Shown piece by piece: positions 12,546 through 25,800 of a stretch of DNA of 64,000 nucleotides (its first letter is position 1; the number at the start of each line of letters is the position of its first letter). The position numbers and the translations under genes were made by a program. The DNA comes from Squalus acanthias (taxonomy: Eukaryota): the NCBI GenBank assembly GCA_030390025.1, contig JASTWF010000033.1, forward strand, positions 2,730,001 to 2,794,000, written 5' to 3'. A model generated the notes under the pieces. The model was given only the letters and a program-made list of their open reading frames with translations, was not told the DNA's origin and made no database searches.

Positions 12546-13962
12546 AGTTTAACACAGAGTGCCCAAAACACAAATGTATTTAATTATAATTAACTCTTGT
12601 ATAATTATTCTTTATACAAAGGAACACCTTATAATGAGCCTGGTCTATCAGAAAATCAGCAGATGAAGCAGGCGAGCCATTAATGCCAGTTCCGGGGTAA
12701 TACACATTTAGCGTTAATTCTAGGGGTGATGCCTGCAAGCTGCACAATACTGTCACTCAGTCTTGTGTAACTGACCCTGCCCATCACTTACTGCAGGACT
12801 TTTCCCAGCTGCTCTGTACAATGTGTAACTTTCCCCAGTGACCTGCTGAAATCTGTAGTAAATCAGGATGAAATGTTAACCCTTCTCCCGTGTTCCTGAA
12901 CTGGACAGGGTCCCGCAGCACTGTCCTGCTCTCTGTTGTGGCTGCACAATCAATTTTATTTCAGATTAATAAAAACTGGTGAATAAAGAGATAAAAATTA
13001 AACACTGGATCAGAAGAACTCTCAGAAGCAATCCAGTTTTATGTCTAACGTTTGAAATAAAAGCTAGAATTGCATACTCTACACAAAATGCCTTCTACAT
13101 GCGCATTACTTCAAAATAACAAACTTCAGTCCTTTTAACTTGTAAAGAAGTTCATATTTAAGGGAATAATTGACTGTCTTCACTGCATTCTCAGTGTTAA
13201 AATCTAGCCTGTCCATTTTTAGCACAGTTTGTAAACCCGATTAAATTAATCATTTTTATTTAGTCCCAGCAATGATTTACGTGGAACAGCAAATTAAGCC
13301 TCTCCGTGTCCCTCTCCATAACAAGCTCTTACCGGCATGACCTCTTCGCCGAGACATAACAGCCCGTCCTATCTTATACGTTACATCTACTGACAAGTGG
13401 GACTAACAGACTGTACCACACTCACATAGGAGTCTGATGGTCAAAGGTCCATGTCTGTCACCCTTGGATGGACTCGAGGGAAAAAAATTGGGACGGGAGA
13501 AAGGCATTGGGATACAGATATCAATTGTCCCATCAAACATTCGTAGGGCAGGTACAGCCTTTTTGTTTAAAGCTGCCTGTGAGTGCTTCTTAAAAGCATT
13601 AGGACTGCCTTCAGCATTCAGTGCTTGTTTCGGATCTGTTCACTGAGTCTATCTATGATCTGGACCCAGGGATTGAGCGCCTGCTGTGGAAATTTGTAGA
13701 TGATTCCAAATAGGTGGTCCAGTGAATTCTATAGAAGACCAAAGGGAACCACAATAGGATATTGATTAGATGGGGAGTGTGGCAGATTAAATTCAATGTC
13801 AGTAATTCAATGTCACCTGGCATGCTCCCAGTTCATTCCCCACTTCCAGCTTTCCCCCGCCGGACCATGTCCCCCGCCACTCACAGGTTCAGGGGATGCA
13901 ATCAGTGGCTTTATAAATCTTACAAAAAAGGAAAGTGAAAGCTTGCATTTCCCGACTGTCCC

Positions 13963-14182
13963 TAGAATAATATAATCATACAGCACAGAAGGAGTCCATT
14001 GAGCCCATCATGCCTGTGGCAGATCTTTGAAAGAGCTATCCAGTTATTCCCGCTCACCTTCTCATTCCCCATCGCCCTGCACTTTTAACCCCATCAGTTA
14101 TTTATCAAATTACGTTTTGAAAGTTAATATTGAATCTGCTTCCACCGCCCTTTCAGGCAGCACATTCCAGATCACAAGAACT
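13963..14182 (-). mobile_element. Old CR1 3' end fragment
   Basis: Homologous to 33950-34165. Confidence 0.65.
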
Positions 14183-15414
14183 AGTAGAATAGAAAAGTGA
14201 GAACCAGTGGATGTGGTGTATTCGGACTTTCAGAAGGCTTTCGATTAGGTCCCGTATAAGAGATTAGCCGTGCAAAGTTAATGCACATTGGATTGGGGGT
14301 GAGGTACTGGCTTGGATAGATAACTGGTTGGCAGTCAGGAAGCAAAGAGTTGGAATAAACGGGTCTTTTTCCGAGTGGCAGGCAGTGACTAGTGGGGTAC
14401 CGCAGGGAACGGTGCTAGGACCCCAGCTATTCACAATATATATTAATGATCTAGACGAGTATACTAGATGTAATATCTCCAAGTTTACAGACGACACAAA
14501 GCTGGGTGGGCGCGTGTGTTGTGAGGTGGATGCAGAAAAACTCCAGTATGATTTAGACAGGTTGGGTGATTGGGCAGACGCATGGCAAATGCAGTATAAT
14601 GTGGATAAATGCAAGGTTATCCACATCGGTATCAAAAACAGGAAGGCAGATTATTATCTGAACGGCAATAGATTGGGGAAAGGGGAAGTGCAACGGGACC
14701 TGGGTGTCCTTGTGCACCAGTCGCTTAAGGTAAGCATGCAGGTGCAGCAGGTGGTTAAGAAGGCAAATGGTATGTTGGCCTTCATAGCGAGAGGAATCGA
14801 ATAGAGGAGCAAGGATGTTTTCCGGCAGTTGCACAGGGCCTTGGTGAGACCACACCTTGAGTATTGTGTGCAGTTTTGTTCGCCTTATCTGAGGAAGAAT
14901 GTTTTTGCCATGGAGGGAGTGCAGCGAAGATTCACCAGACTGATACCTGGGATGGTAGGAATGACGAATGAAGAGAGATTGGGTCGATTAGGCTTATATT
15001 CGGTAGAGTTCAGAAGAATGAGAGGGGATCTCATTGAAACTTATAAAATTCTAACAGCACTAGACAGACTAGATGGAGGAAGGATGTTCGCAATGGCGTG
15101 GGAGTCCAGAACCAGGGATCACAGTCTAAGGATAAGGGGTAAGCCATTTTGGACTGAGATGAGGAGGAATTTCTTCACCCAGAGTGTGGGGAACCTGTGG
15201 AATTCTCTACCAAAGAAGGCAGTTGAGGCCAATTCATTAAATATATTCAAGAAAGAGATAGATATATTTCTTAAGGCTAAAGGGATCAAGGGATATGGGG
15301 AGAAAGCAGGGCAGAGTATTGAATTTGGATGATCAGCCATGATCTCATTAAATGGCGGAACAGGCTCGAGGGGCCGAATGGCCTACTCCTGCTCCTATCT
15401 TCTATGTTTCTATG
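14183..15414 (+). mobile_element. 5'-truncated CR1 LINE
   Basis: RT ORFs 14328-14804 (FTDD) and 14829-15332; TTCTATGT tail. Confidence 0.92.
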
Positions 15415-16085
15415 TGTGGTGATGGTACTCCCATAGTGCTGTTAGGTAGGGAGTTACAGGATTTTGACCCAGCAACGATGAAGGATCGGCGATATTCATC
15501 TAAGTCAGGATGGTCTGTGAATTGGAGGGGAACTTGGAGGTGGTGGTTTTCCCATGCGCCTGCGGCCCTAGTCCTTCTAGGTGGCAGAGGTAGCGGGATT
15601 GGGAAGTGCTGCCGAAGAAGCCTTGGCGAGTTGTAGATTGTACACACTGCAGCCACGGTAACCCGGTGGTGGAGGGAGTGAATGTTTAAAGTGGTGGATG
15701 GGGTGCCAATCAAGCGGGCTGCTTTGTCTTGGATGGTGTCGGGCTTCTTGAGTGTTGTTGGAGCTGCACTCATCCAGGCAAGTGGAGAGTATTCCATCAC
15801 ACTCCTTACTTGTGCCTTGTTGATAGTGGAAAGGTTTTGGGGAGTCAGGAGATGTGACACTCGCCGCAGAATACCTAGCCTCTGACCTGCTAATGTTGTC
15901 ACAATATTTATGTGGCTGGTCCAGTTATGTTTCTGGTTACTCGTGGCCCCCAGGATGTTGAGAGTGGGGGAATCGGCGATGGTAATGCCATTGAATATCA
16001 AGGGGAGGTGATCAGACTGTCGCTTGTTTTAGATAGTCTTCGCCTGGCACTTCTGTGGCGCGAATGTTACCTGCCACTTTTCAGC
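15415..16085 (-). mobile_element. Non-LTR retrotransposon fragment (RT C-terminus, second LINE family), ending at the ERV LTR
   Basis: WTSHIN...GQRLGILRR...VRSVMEYSPLAW; same family as 30584-31897. Confidence 0.8.
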
Positions 16086-17645
16086 TGCAGCTTCCAAAAG
16101 CTCTTATAATAATTTGTCCGTGACTACACAAACCATTCAGGGTCCAGGTATATTGTGTATCAGTAAAACAGGTTTATTAGCATTAAACATCCAGTACAAA
16201 GAAGTAATACTTAACAAGGAGATAGTCACAGTCGTGTTCGTTTGAGCCTCGGCGTTCCTTCCGAGTGACTGTGGTGCGGTCTCTTTCTTCTCTTGCTGTT
16301 TTCGCTTGACAGCAGATCGCTTCTCTGGTTTCTTGCTGTGTTCTGTCGACTGAAGCTTCTTCAACTCTGGTTCGCGCTGCCTTCAATGTTCAAAATCCGT
16401 ATCTTTATACACCTTTTTTCCTCTTCCTACGTGACTGTAACAGCTATCAAACACCTGGTAAATGTTTTACGACATTGTTCATCCTACTCGGACTCGCTTT
16501 GGGCCCTTTTAACTTTAGATATTCTCTTTCCAAAGACCATTTCCCAAGAGGTTGTCTAAACAAACTGTCCATTTTATAATAGTTATCACTGATAGGTGCT
16601 TCTCTTATTTATCTCCCTCTTCTCCAACTCTTATCTCTTTTCTATCACATTACTGAATACCACCTCCCTGATAGTCCCCATAAACTTAGCATTACATTCC
16701 GTTACTTCAGAAATTGAAAACAGAGCGAGTTTCAGTCAGGTTGGCATAATTTCCCATCCTGCTTTTCTCTCAGCAATTTGACATTTTATACAGTCTTTTA
16801 GGCTTTTAACATACAATTTCAAATATTGGCCCGAAAATTAGAACTAATACGGGAGATTACGCACTGTGTACTCTCGCGTATTAGGTCCCGAAGTTCCGGT
16901 TTCCTGCATGCACTGTGCATGCGCGGGAAACCGGCACTTCGGGTATTGCGAAGGGGGCGCTCCCTAAGTGAACCGCGTGCGCACTACAGGTTGTGCGCAC
17001 GCAGCGCAATTAGTTTTTTTTTCAGGTTTGAACGCGCAGGTAAGTGTTGAAGATTTTACACATAAAGAAAGCAGGCGTAAGACCCCCTTTTAACAAGGTA
17101 AGTAGTTAATGAAGTATTATTTAAAAAAATTTCAACAGGTTTATCTTTTTAGAGACTTTAAAGAAAGGTAAGTTTATTTTTATAACCTTTAAAAAGAAAT
17201 TAAATTTTTTCAAAAATTTTAATTTTTGTTTAAAGTGGTTATTTTATTTAACTATAGTTATTTTATTAATGTGCTGGCTTTTTTTTAAATTTAATTGAGG
17301 TTTAGCTGTTCTTTTGCGGGCTTGTTGTATTCATAGTTTTGACAGCTCTTCCTGTCAAAACTATGAATGAAAGATGGTGTGCTGCCATTGGCTCTAACTG
17401 GCCCACGTGATCCCAGAGGTAGCATCGAACTAACTGCGCCTCTGGGATACGCACACACTGCGCGCCGGCACCAGGGAGAGGCCCAGGAACTGAAGGTCGT
17501 GTGGGCCAAAACTATAAAGGTAGGCGCGGAGTGCGATATCGCGGGGGATCCTTACCCCCGCGGCAACCATCGAAATCCAATTTCTGGGCCATTATAGTTA
17601 GACAAAAATGTTTCACTAAATCAAACAAATACACCATATCCTACG
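16086..17645 (-). repeat. 3' LTR (interrupted by MITE 16828-17590)
   Basis: Aligns end to end with 29733-30479; minus-strand TATAAA at 16404-16409 and AATAAA at 16173-16178. Confidence 0.92.
16828..17590. mobile_element. MITE family A copy 2
   Basis: TIRs GGCCCGAAAATT / AATTTCTGGGCC, ATT TSD; the other LTR has a single ATT at the empty site (~30426). Confidence 0.92.
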
Positions 17646-17658
17646 AATCCCTATCTTG
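17646..17658 (-). other. Putative polypurine tract
   Basis: Minus strand AAGATAGGGATT abutting the 3' LTR; short and imperfect. Confidence 0.5.
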
Positions 17659-17687
17659 AGGGCGATGCATTTGCAGACCCCGCAAAA

Positions 17688-20600
17688 CTAAACTCTTACA
17701 TATGGATTAGTTTCTTTTCGTTTGTGTAACTCTAAGTTATTTTGGGCTGTGATCATATTTAAAAGTGATTGCGTATTACACATCGGGTGTTTCAGGTAGC
17801 AGGTGTATAGTAGTAAGCATATTAGTACTGTGAGTTGGGCTACGACCAGTACATGTGAAATTATTCTAATCCAAGGAGAAATATCAATATTTGTTCCTTT
17901 ATCCCACCAGTGGCTCTGAATCTCGATGTCTGGAATTTCCTCGGCTATATCTTTACTTCCTTGCACCAACGTATAATAATGGCGTTGAGAGGTGCTCACT
18001 TGACTTATTAGCTCGGTTAATGCTTCAGGTAACTCAGAGATGTCATATCCGAATCTTGTGACATAATCTTCTAGATTTATTTTTAAATCATCAACTACTT
18101 GTAGTACGTTTTGGCCATTTGAGGCTATAACAAGGAGAATTCTTCGTCCTATTACCGTAGTCTTTGTAGGGGTCATTCAGTAGGTCCCTAGGGTTATTGA
18201 ACATTCACGTGTTCCATGACTATAGGAGTTCTTTAAATTGGTAAAATAATACCCCCCTTCTCGTAAGTAGGCTGTTCCAATTCTTACATCTGCGGGGCCT
18301 GTAACTTCCATGGTACAGTTTAACCTTTCTTCATTCCAACCATATCCACAGGTATCCTTTGAATGTTCCCATAAACTGTATGGATAGACAAAGGCATCCT
18401 CATTTGTATTGCATCTCTGGAGGTTTGGTTCAATCCATGTTAGTTTTCCTAATTGTACTAACCATTGTGGTGCCATGAGAAATCGGGTAATAGTATTCCC
18501 TTGTACTACTCCTATATTTCTATCCTAAATAAGGGGTTGGGCCCAGTTCGATTAATTAGACTAGGTATTTGTAGTATTAGTCCCATCAACCTTTGACTCC
18601 CTACCTCGTGGCATTCGGGTTTGACAGGGTGGATCCTAATCAAACTCCTGATCTTACATAGTTCTGCATCATCGTAATAATTGGATAGCCCTGATAAGTG
18701 TTTATTAGTGACCCAAGTGGGGAGACGTCCCTGATTGATGGTCTGAAGGTTTTCCCTAGTTTGTTCAATTAGCCAATTCCCGTACATAATGCATACATCA
18801 TTATGGGCTTCTTGATCAGAAGCATTTCTGTTTTCTCTAATCTGATCATTAATTGTTTTGGCACGATCCTCTATTTCATGTATGATGTCCCGTAGGTGTA
18901 TGGTCATTACCTGATCCTCCCTTAGCTCCTCACTTACTATGTTGTTTTCCCTACTAAGTTTCTCTTTCAACGTTTCCCTTACCGTTTGTAATTACATAAG
19001 AACATAAGAACATAAGAAATATGAGCAGGAGTAGGCCAATCAGCCCCTCGAGCCTGCTCCGCCATTCAATAAGATCATGGCTGATCTGATCCTAACCTCA
19101 AATCTAAAGAACACAAGAAGTAGGAGCAGGACCTGGCCACTCAGCCCCTGGGCACGCTCCGCCACCCACAGGGCCCTGACCGATCCGAACTCAGCCTCAT
19201 GTCCAATTTCCTGCCCGCTCCCCGTAACCCCTAATACCCTTTACCTCTAGGAAACTGTCTATTTCTGTTTTGAATTTATTTAATGATGATGTAGCTTCCA
19301 CAGCTTCCTTGGGTAGCAAATTCCACAGACCTACTAGCCTCTGAGTGAAGAAGTTTCTCCTCATCTCAGTTTTCAAAGAGCAGCCCCTTATTCTAAGATT
19401 ATGCCCCCTAGTTCTAGTTTCACCCATCCTTGGGAACATCCTTACCGCATCCACCCGATCAAGCCCCTTCACAATCTTATATGTTTCAATAAGATCGCCT
19501 CTCATTCTTCTGAAATCCAATGAGTAGAGTCCCAATCTAGTCAACCTCCCCTCATATGTCCACCCCCTCATCCCCGGGATTAACCGAGTGAACCTTCTTT
19601 GTACTGCCTCGAGAGCAAGTATGTCTTTTCTTAAGTATGGACAACAAAACTGTACGCAGTATTCCAGGTGCGGTCTCACCAATATCTTATATAACTGCAG
19701 CAATACCTCCCTGTTTTTATAATCTATCACCCTAGCAATAAAAGCCAACATTCCGTTGGCCTTCTTGATCATCTGCTGCACCTGCAAACTAACTTTTTGA
19801 TTTTCTTGCACTAGGAACCCCAGATCCCTTTGTACTGCAGTACTTTCCAGTTTCTCGCCATTAAGATAATAACTTGCTCTCTGAATTTTCCTGCCAAAGT
19901 GCATAACCCCACATTTTCCAACATTGAATTGCATCTGCCAAATCTCCGCCCACTCACCCAGCCTGTCTATATCCCCTTGTAGGTTTTTTATGTTCTCCTC
20001 ACTTTCTACTTTCCCTCCCATCTTTGTATCAACTGCAAACTTTGATATGTTACACTCGGTCCCCTCCTCCAAATCGTTAATATAGATTGTAAAGAGTTGG
20101 GGACCCAGCACCGACCCCTGCGGAACACCACTGGCTACTGGTTGCCAGTCCAAAAATGAACCATTTATCCCAACTCTCTGCTTCCTTTTAGATAACCAAT
20201 CCTCCACCCATGCCAGAATATTTCCCCCAATCCAGTGATTTTTTATCTTGAGCAATAATCTTTTATGTGGCACCTTGTCGAATGCCTTCTGGAAGTCTAA
20301 ATACACTACGTCCACTGGTTCCCCTTTATCCACCCTGTACGTTATGTCCTCAAAGAACTCAAGCAAATTATGTTTATCTAAATGTTCCGTTACTGTCTCC
20401 TTAATAATAGACTCCAAAATTTTACCCACCACAGATATTAGGCTAACTGGTCTATAATTTCCAGCCTTCTGCCTACTACCCTTTTTAAATAAGGGTGTTA
20501 CATTAGCAGTTTTCCAATCTGCCGGGACCTTTGCTGAGTCCAGGGAATTTTTGAAAATTATTACCAAAGCATCCACAATCCCTACTGCCACTTCCCTCAA

Positions 20601-22776
20601 GACCCTACGATGTAAGCCATCAGGTCCTGTGGATTTATCCGCCTTGAGTCCCATTATTTTACTGAGTACCAATTCCTTCGTGATTTTAATCGTATTTAGC
20701 TCCTCCAAACCTAGAGCCCCCTGTTTGTCCAGTGTTGGGATATTCTTCTTGTCCTCTACCGTAAAGACTGAAACAAAATATTTGTTCAGCATTTTTGCCA
20801 TCTCCATGTTTCCCACCATTAATTTCCCGGTCTCATCCTCTAAGGTACCTACGTTTGCCTTAGCCATCCTTTTTCTTTTTATATAACTATAGAAACTCTT
20901 GCTATCTGTTTTTATATTTTTTGCTAATTTATTTTCATAATCTATCTTCCCTTTCTTAATCAATCATTTAGTTATTTTTTGCTGTCTTTTGAACACTTCC
21001 CAATCTTCTATCCTCCCACTAAGTTTGGCTACCTTATATGTCCTTGTTTTTAGTCGGATACTATCCTTAATTTCTTTACTTAGCCACGGATGGCTGTCAT
21101 TTCTTTTACACCCTTTTTTCCTCAGTGGAATATATTTATTTTGAAAGTTGTAAAATAACTTCTTAAATGAACACCACTGCTCATGTACCGTCTTACCCTT
21201 TAATCTATTTTCCCAGTCCACTTTAATCAATTCCGCTCTCATACCATCATAGTCTCCTTTATTGAAGCTCAGTACGCTTCTTTGAGAACCAACCTTCTCA
21301 CCCTCTAATTGGATATGGAATTCAACCATGTTATGGTCACTCATTCCAAGGGGATCCTTAACTAGGATATTATTAATTAATCCTGACTCATTACACAGGA
21401 CCAGGTCCAAGGTTGCTTGTCCCCTTGTAGGATCAGTTACATACTGCTCAAGAAATCCATCCATAATACACTCAATAAACTCTTCCTCAAGGCTGCCCTA
21501 CCCAATTTGATTTGTCCAGTTAATATGATAGTTAAAATCCCCCATAATTATAGCTGTTTCCCTTATTACATGCCCCAACTATTTCCTGATTAATACTTCT
21601 TCCATTGTTTTTGTAAATCTGCAGAACCATTGAGTTAATTACCGATGTTACTGTGTTGAAACCTGTGAGTCCAGCGTTTATCAATCCTCTTTTCGGTCTA
21701 CTCTTTACCTGGCTGCTCTCTTTGGTGGTTCTAAACTCGTGACGGATGGTCCCTTCTGTTTTCTCTACACTTATAGGTAAGGGCGCCTTTTCCCAGTACG
21801 GATTAAAAACTTGCTGCAGCATTCTCTGAGTTAGTTGTGCTGTTTTGGGCAGCACTTTGGTAGTATTAGTTCTGTTAAATTTAGGATAACTGGTGGGTAT
21901 AATTACAACACCGTTCCCAGGTGCTGGTGTTAGTTGGGGTCATTATTCCTCGGGTAGACCTTCTCGTGATTCTGAATGACTTGCTTTCTCATCGGGTGTA
22001 AGCTTAACACTATAGACATACCCATCGTCCCTTACACATCCAGTTTTTGCATTTTCGAATTCTATTATGCTATTATATTTATTCTCAAATCCCTATAATT
22101 TCCCCAATTTTTAAAGTCATCATAAAGGGTTTCTGTTCTGCCGCGGTGACCTCTATATCGTCTCTGGGAATCTCATATCCTGCTGAGGTAATCTTTACAT
22201 CATATTCGGGAATAGGAGGCCTATCATCATCCTGATTTTTAAAGCCCATGGTAATATTCGACCCAACACAAGAATACTGGCCGGTATGTTTCTTCCACCA
22301 CCGAGGCCAGCATAATTGTATATTTCCCTTACTTTCCGAAGCTACTGGTCCCCGATTTGCGTCTTGTACCTGTTCCCAGATTCCATTATTTTTCTTCAGG
22401 AATTTCCACACATGTGGGCCTTTCCTGTTCCTTATCCCACACCTGATACACACACCATATCCTTCTTTTATTTCCCAATTATACACCTTTTCTTTTAATG
22501 TACACAACCCGTTATGTATGGTGTTGTTATATTATATGTTGTACTATTTCTGATCCAAACAGGAACATCCCCCTAATACGTCTCGGATGATCCGTTATAG
22601 TTCTTTGATTGTTTATGTCCGCCAACAATTCGAGGTTCTATTCCATAGATGGGGAGTAGGGCGCATTCGCCTCCTTCGTCCAGTGTACAGATGTTAATGG
22701 TAAAGTCAAAAGTTTGTGTTTCCTCCGGAGAGCTCACTGCACATCCAATTATCAGTATCAGCCTACAGAGCCACAT
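17688..22776 (-). pseudogene. env: Retroviral env (signal peptide, Ig-like SU, furin site, long TM), split by CR1
   Basis: MWLCRLILIIGCAVSS signal peptide; RPKR|GLINAGLTGFNTVTSVINS at 21699-21630; heptad-like and Cys-rich segments 18177-18970; TM helix IISHVLVVAQLTVLICLLLY; YVRV tail; frameshifts and stops. Confidence 0.85.
18992..21609 (-). mobile_element. Young 5'-truncated CR1 LINE inserted in env
   Basis: 588-aa RT ORF 19197-20963 plus APE ORF 20964-21464; (CATAAGAA)n tail; candidate TSD TTTGTAA at 18985-18991 and 21610-21616. Confidence 0.93.
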
Positions 22777-22783
22777 CTTTAAA

Positions 22784-22800
22784 CTGTGGGTAAACCAAAA
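22784..22800 (-). promoter_or_regulatory. Putative env splice acceptor
   Basis: Minus strand TTTTGGTTTACCCACAG, 7 nt upstream of the env ATG and just after the pol stop (22810-22812). Confidence 0.6.
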
Positions 22801-22809
22801 TGTTACATT

Positions 22810-25800
22810 TTAATTCTGAACAGTTTTCATCTGATTGATATGGAACCATTTCAGTTTAGATTCTCCCTTCGGACCATATGGGGTATTCAGTAGATACACA
22901 GCTGGATTTAATTTATCTACTATAGTATGAGGGCCCTTCCATTTTATCTCGAATGAGTGTTTTTTTCGGAGAGAAATGTTGTAACATTACTCGGTCTCCA
23001 GCATCATACTCAAATAGTTGTACCCTCTTATCATAATATCGCTTGATTTGTTCACGCGATTTGCCTATGTTAATGGCCACCAGCTTGCTTACCTTGTCCA
23101 TATGATCTATCGAGGTTTGTAACCATTTTTGGCTACATGGTTGTAGTTTTAATGGTGTGTTATTTCCCAATGTTACATGTCCTGGTATCTGCATTTGTCT
23201 CCCAGTCATAGCCTCATATGGACTTACCCTCGTAGTCCCGTGTGGGGTAGAGCGTATTGCCATTAGACATAAAGGCAACATGTCAGTCCACTGAGTGGGG
23301 TTTTCTATACACAACTTCTGCAACATTGGCCCAAAAATTATTCCCAGTCCGCGAGAGTACGCACTGTGTACTCTCGCGTATTCTGTCTCCAATTGCCGGT
23401 TTTCTGCATGCACTGCGCATGTGCTGAAAACCAGCACTTGGTGAACTCAAAAGGGGGCGGTTCCTAAGTGAACCGCGTGCGCGCTACAGGCTGCGTGCAC
23501 GCAGTGCAATTAGTGCGTTGAACGCTCAGGTAAGCATGGAAGATTTTGCACATAAAGAAAGGAGGCGTAAGACCCTCTTTGAACAAGGTAAGTAGTTAAT
23601 TAAGTATTATTTTAAATTTTTTTCAACAGGTTTATCTTTTTTAGAGACTTTAAAGAAAGGTAAGTTTATTTTTATAACTTTTAAAAAGATTATAAATTTT
23701 TTCAAAAATTTAATTTTTTGTTTAAAGTGGTTAATTTATTTAACTATACTTATTTTATTAATGTGATGGTTCTTTTTTTAAATTTAATTGAGGTTTAGCT
23801 GTTCTTTTGGGGGGTTTTGATTCATAGCTTTGACAGCCCTTGCTGTCAAAACTATGAATGAAAGATGGTGTGCTGCCATTGGCTCAAACTTAATCACGTG
23901 ATCCCACAGCTCGCACGAATTAACTGCGTCTGTGGGATGCGCACACACTGCACAGCTGCAGCCTTGAAACTAAAGTTCGTGTGAGCTCGGAAGGAAAAGG
24001 CAGGCGCGCAGTGAGATATTGCGGGGAAGCCTTACCCCCGCAGGAAGGCTCCGTCTTTAATTTCTGGGCCATTGTCTTTAAAAGTTCGATTTCCCCTCTC
24101 CGCAATCCCTGATGATTGTTGATTGTGCGCAATGTACAATTTATGTTTTATCTGTAACATTTCTTGCAGAGTTATGTAAACTGCCTCCGTAAAGTGTGGA
24201 CCCTGATCGCTATCCACTTGTAATGGCAATCCCCACCTGCAGAACACCTCACTCAGGAGAATTCGAGCTGCGGTGCGCGCTGTGTTATTTCTCGTGGGAA
24301 AAGCCTCGATCCATTTGGTGAAGTGATCGATTATCACAAGTGCGTACTCATAGTTTCCCTTGGATTTTGTTAGTGGACCAATAAAGTCAATCTGTAAGTG
24401 TGTCCATGGTCCCTCAGGAGGGGGTTCTGACCGAAGTAAAGCGCGATTTGAACATGAAGGGGGGTTTGTCTGCCGGTATGGCAGGCAGCGATTAACATAT
24501 TGTTCCACATACTGTTCCATTCCAGCCCACCAGCAAACAGGTAATAACTTTTGTAGTGTAGAGGCCGCTGAGTAATGTCCCGCCGCCGGGTGAGAATGAA
24601 AGAGAGCTAGAATTTCTTCCTTCAACTGAGGATTAATACAAACTACTAGATCTCCCTCTTTATTCCAGATCATTAGTAGGGGAGGGGTTTTATCTACACC
24701 TTGTTGCATTACAGTGGTGTCTGCCCATAGGGTGGGTGCTAGTAGCGGGCATCCCTGTTGATGTCAGGCTATTACCTGTGCATATGCATCCTGTAGGGCC
24801 AAAAGATCAATGGTTTTAGTCTCAGGCTCCGTCCCCACTACGGGTGTCTGAGTACCATTCATCACCCACCAAGGTAGTAACTTTCCATTCTCCGCCACCT
24901 CCTTAGCAAAGCGATCGGCCATTTGATTACATCGGGAATGGGGGGATGAATCTTTCTGATGGGCTGCTACCTTACCCACGTGAAGAGGGGCGACTCGTTC
25001 CTGGAGCACTTTCCATAGCTTACGGAGGAGACCAGAATGTAATAAAGATTTACCATCTGATGAGCAAAACTCATTTGTATTATAGAGGGGAAGAGCCATA
25101 ACTGTGTTACAAACGTAACTGCTGTCGGACCAGATATTTGATTCATCCATAGTCGTGTAATGTACGGCTAGAATTGCAGCAATCAGTTCTGCCTGTTGGG
25201 AGGAGTGGAAGGGAACTTGAAATTCCTCTGACCAATCGTGAGCGTCGATATCAATAAGGGCTCATCCAGTTCTAGGATGGCCGTCTACATAGTATGATGA
25301 CCAGTCAACGTACACATTTCGATCTCCGGGTATGGCGTTAGCCTTTACTGGATTTGGTTCCATATCTAGCACTGGTAATGGACACCGGTGTGGGCTTCCC
25401 TCATAGGCGAACATAAGGGGTAACAGCGTGGTTCGTTTAGGCGTAATGTCCTGGTCCCGCTGTAACAATTCGAGTGTCCATTTACTTATTCGCTGAGAGG
25501 ATACCTTGGTCTCACTTGGTTTTAACAGCAGATTAAGGGGCGTTTGTGGTGAATGCAGAATGACTTTCTGCAGTCTGGTAATGTAGGTGAAATGATTGAC
25601 TGCCCAAAATGTGGCAAATAGATGACGTTCACACGCTGAGATTGCACTTTCCACCCCTCGTAGTAGACGTGATGCATACGCGATAGGGCGTAGTGTCTCG
25701 CTGATTGCCTGTTTCTGATTCAAAACGGCAGTTAGTCTGGTAGGGGTGGAGCCTACTTCAAGGTGAAAGGGCTGACCGTGATCCGGGTAATGAGAGCAGC

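Noticed and set aside
12600..13660. Non-repetitive-looking stretch as an exon or regulatory element
   Set aside because: No recognisable ORF, splice pattern or repeat family; cannot be supported from sequence alone
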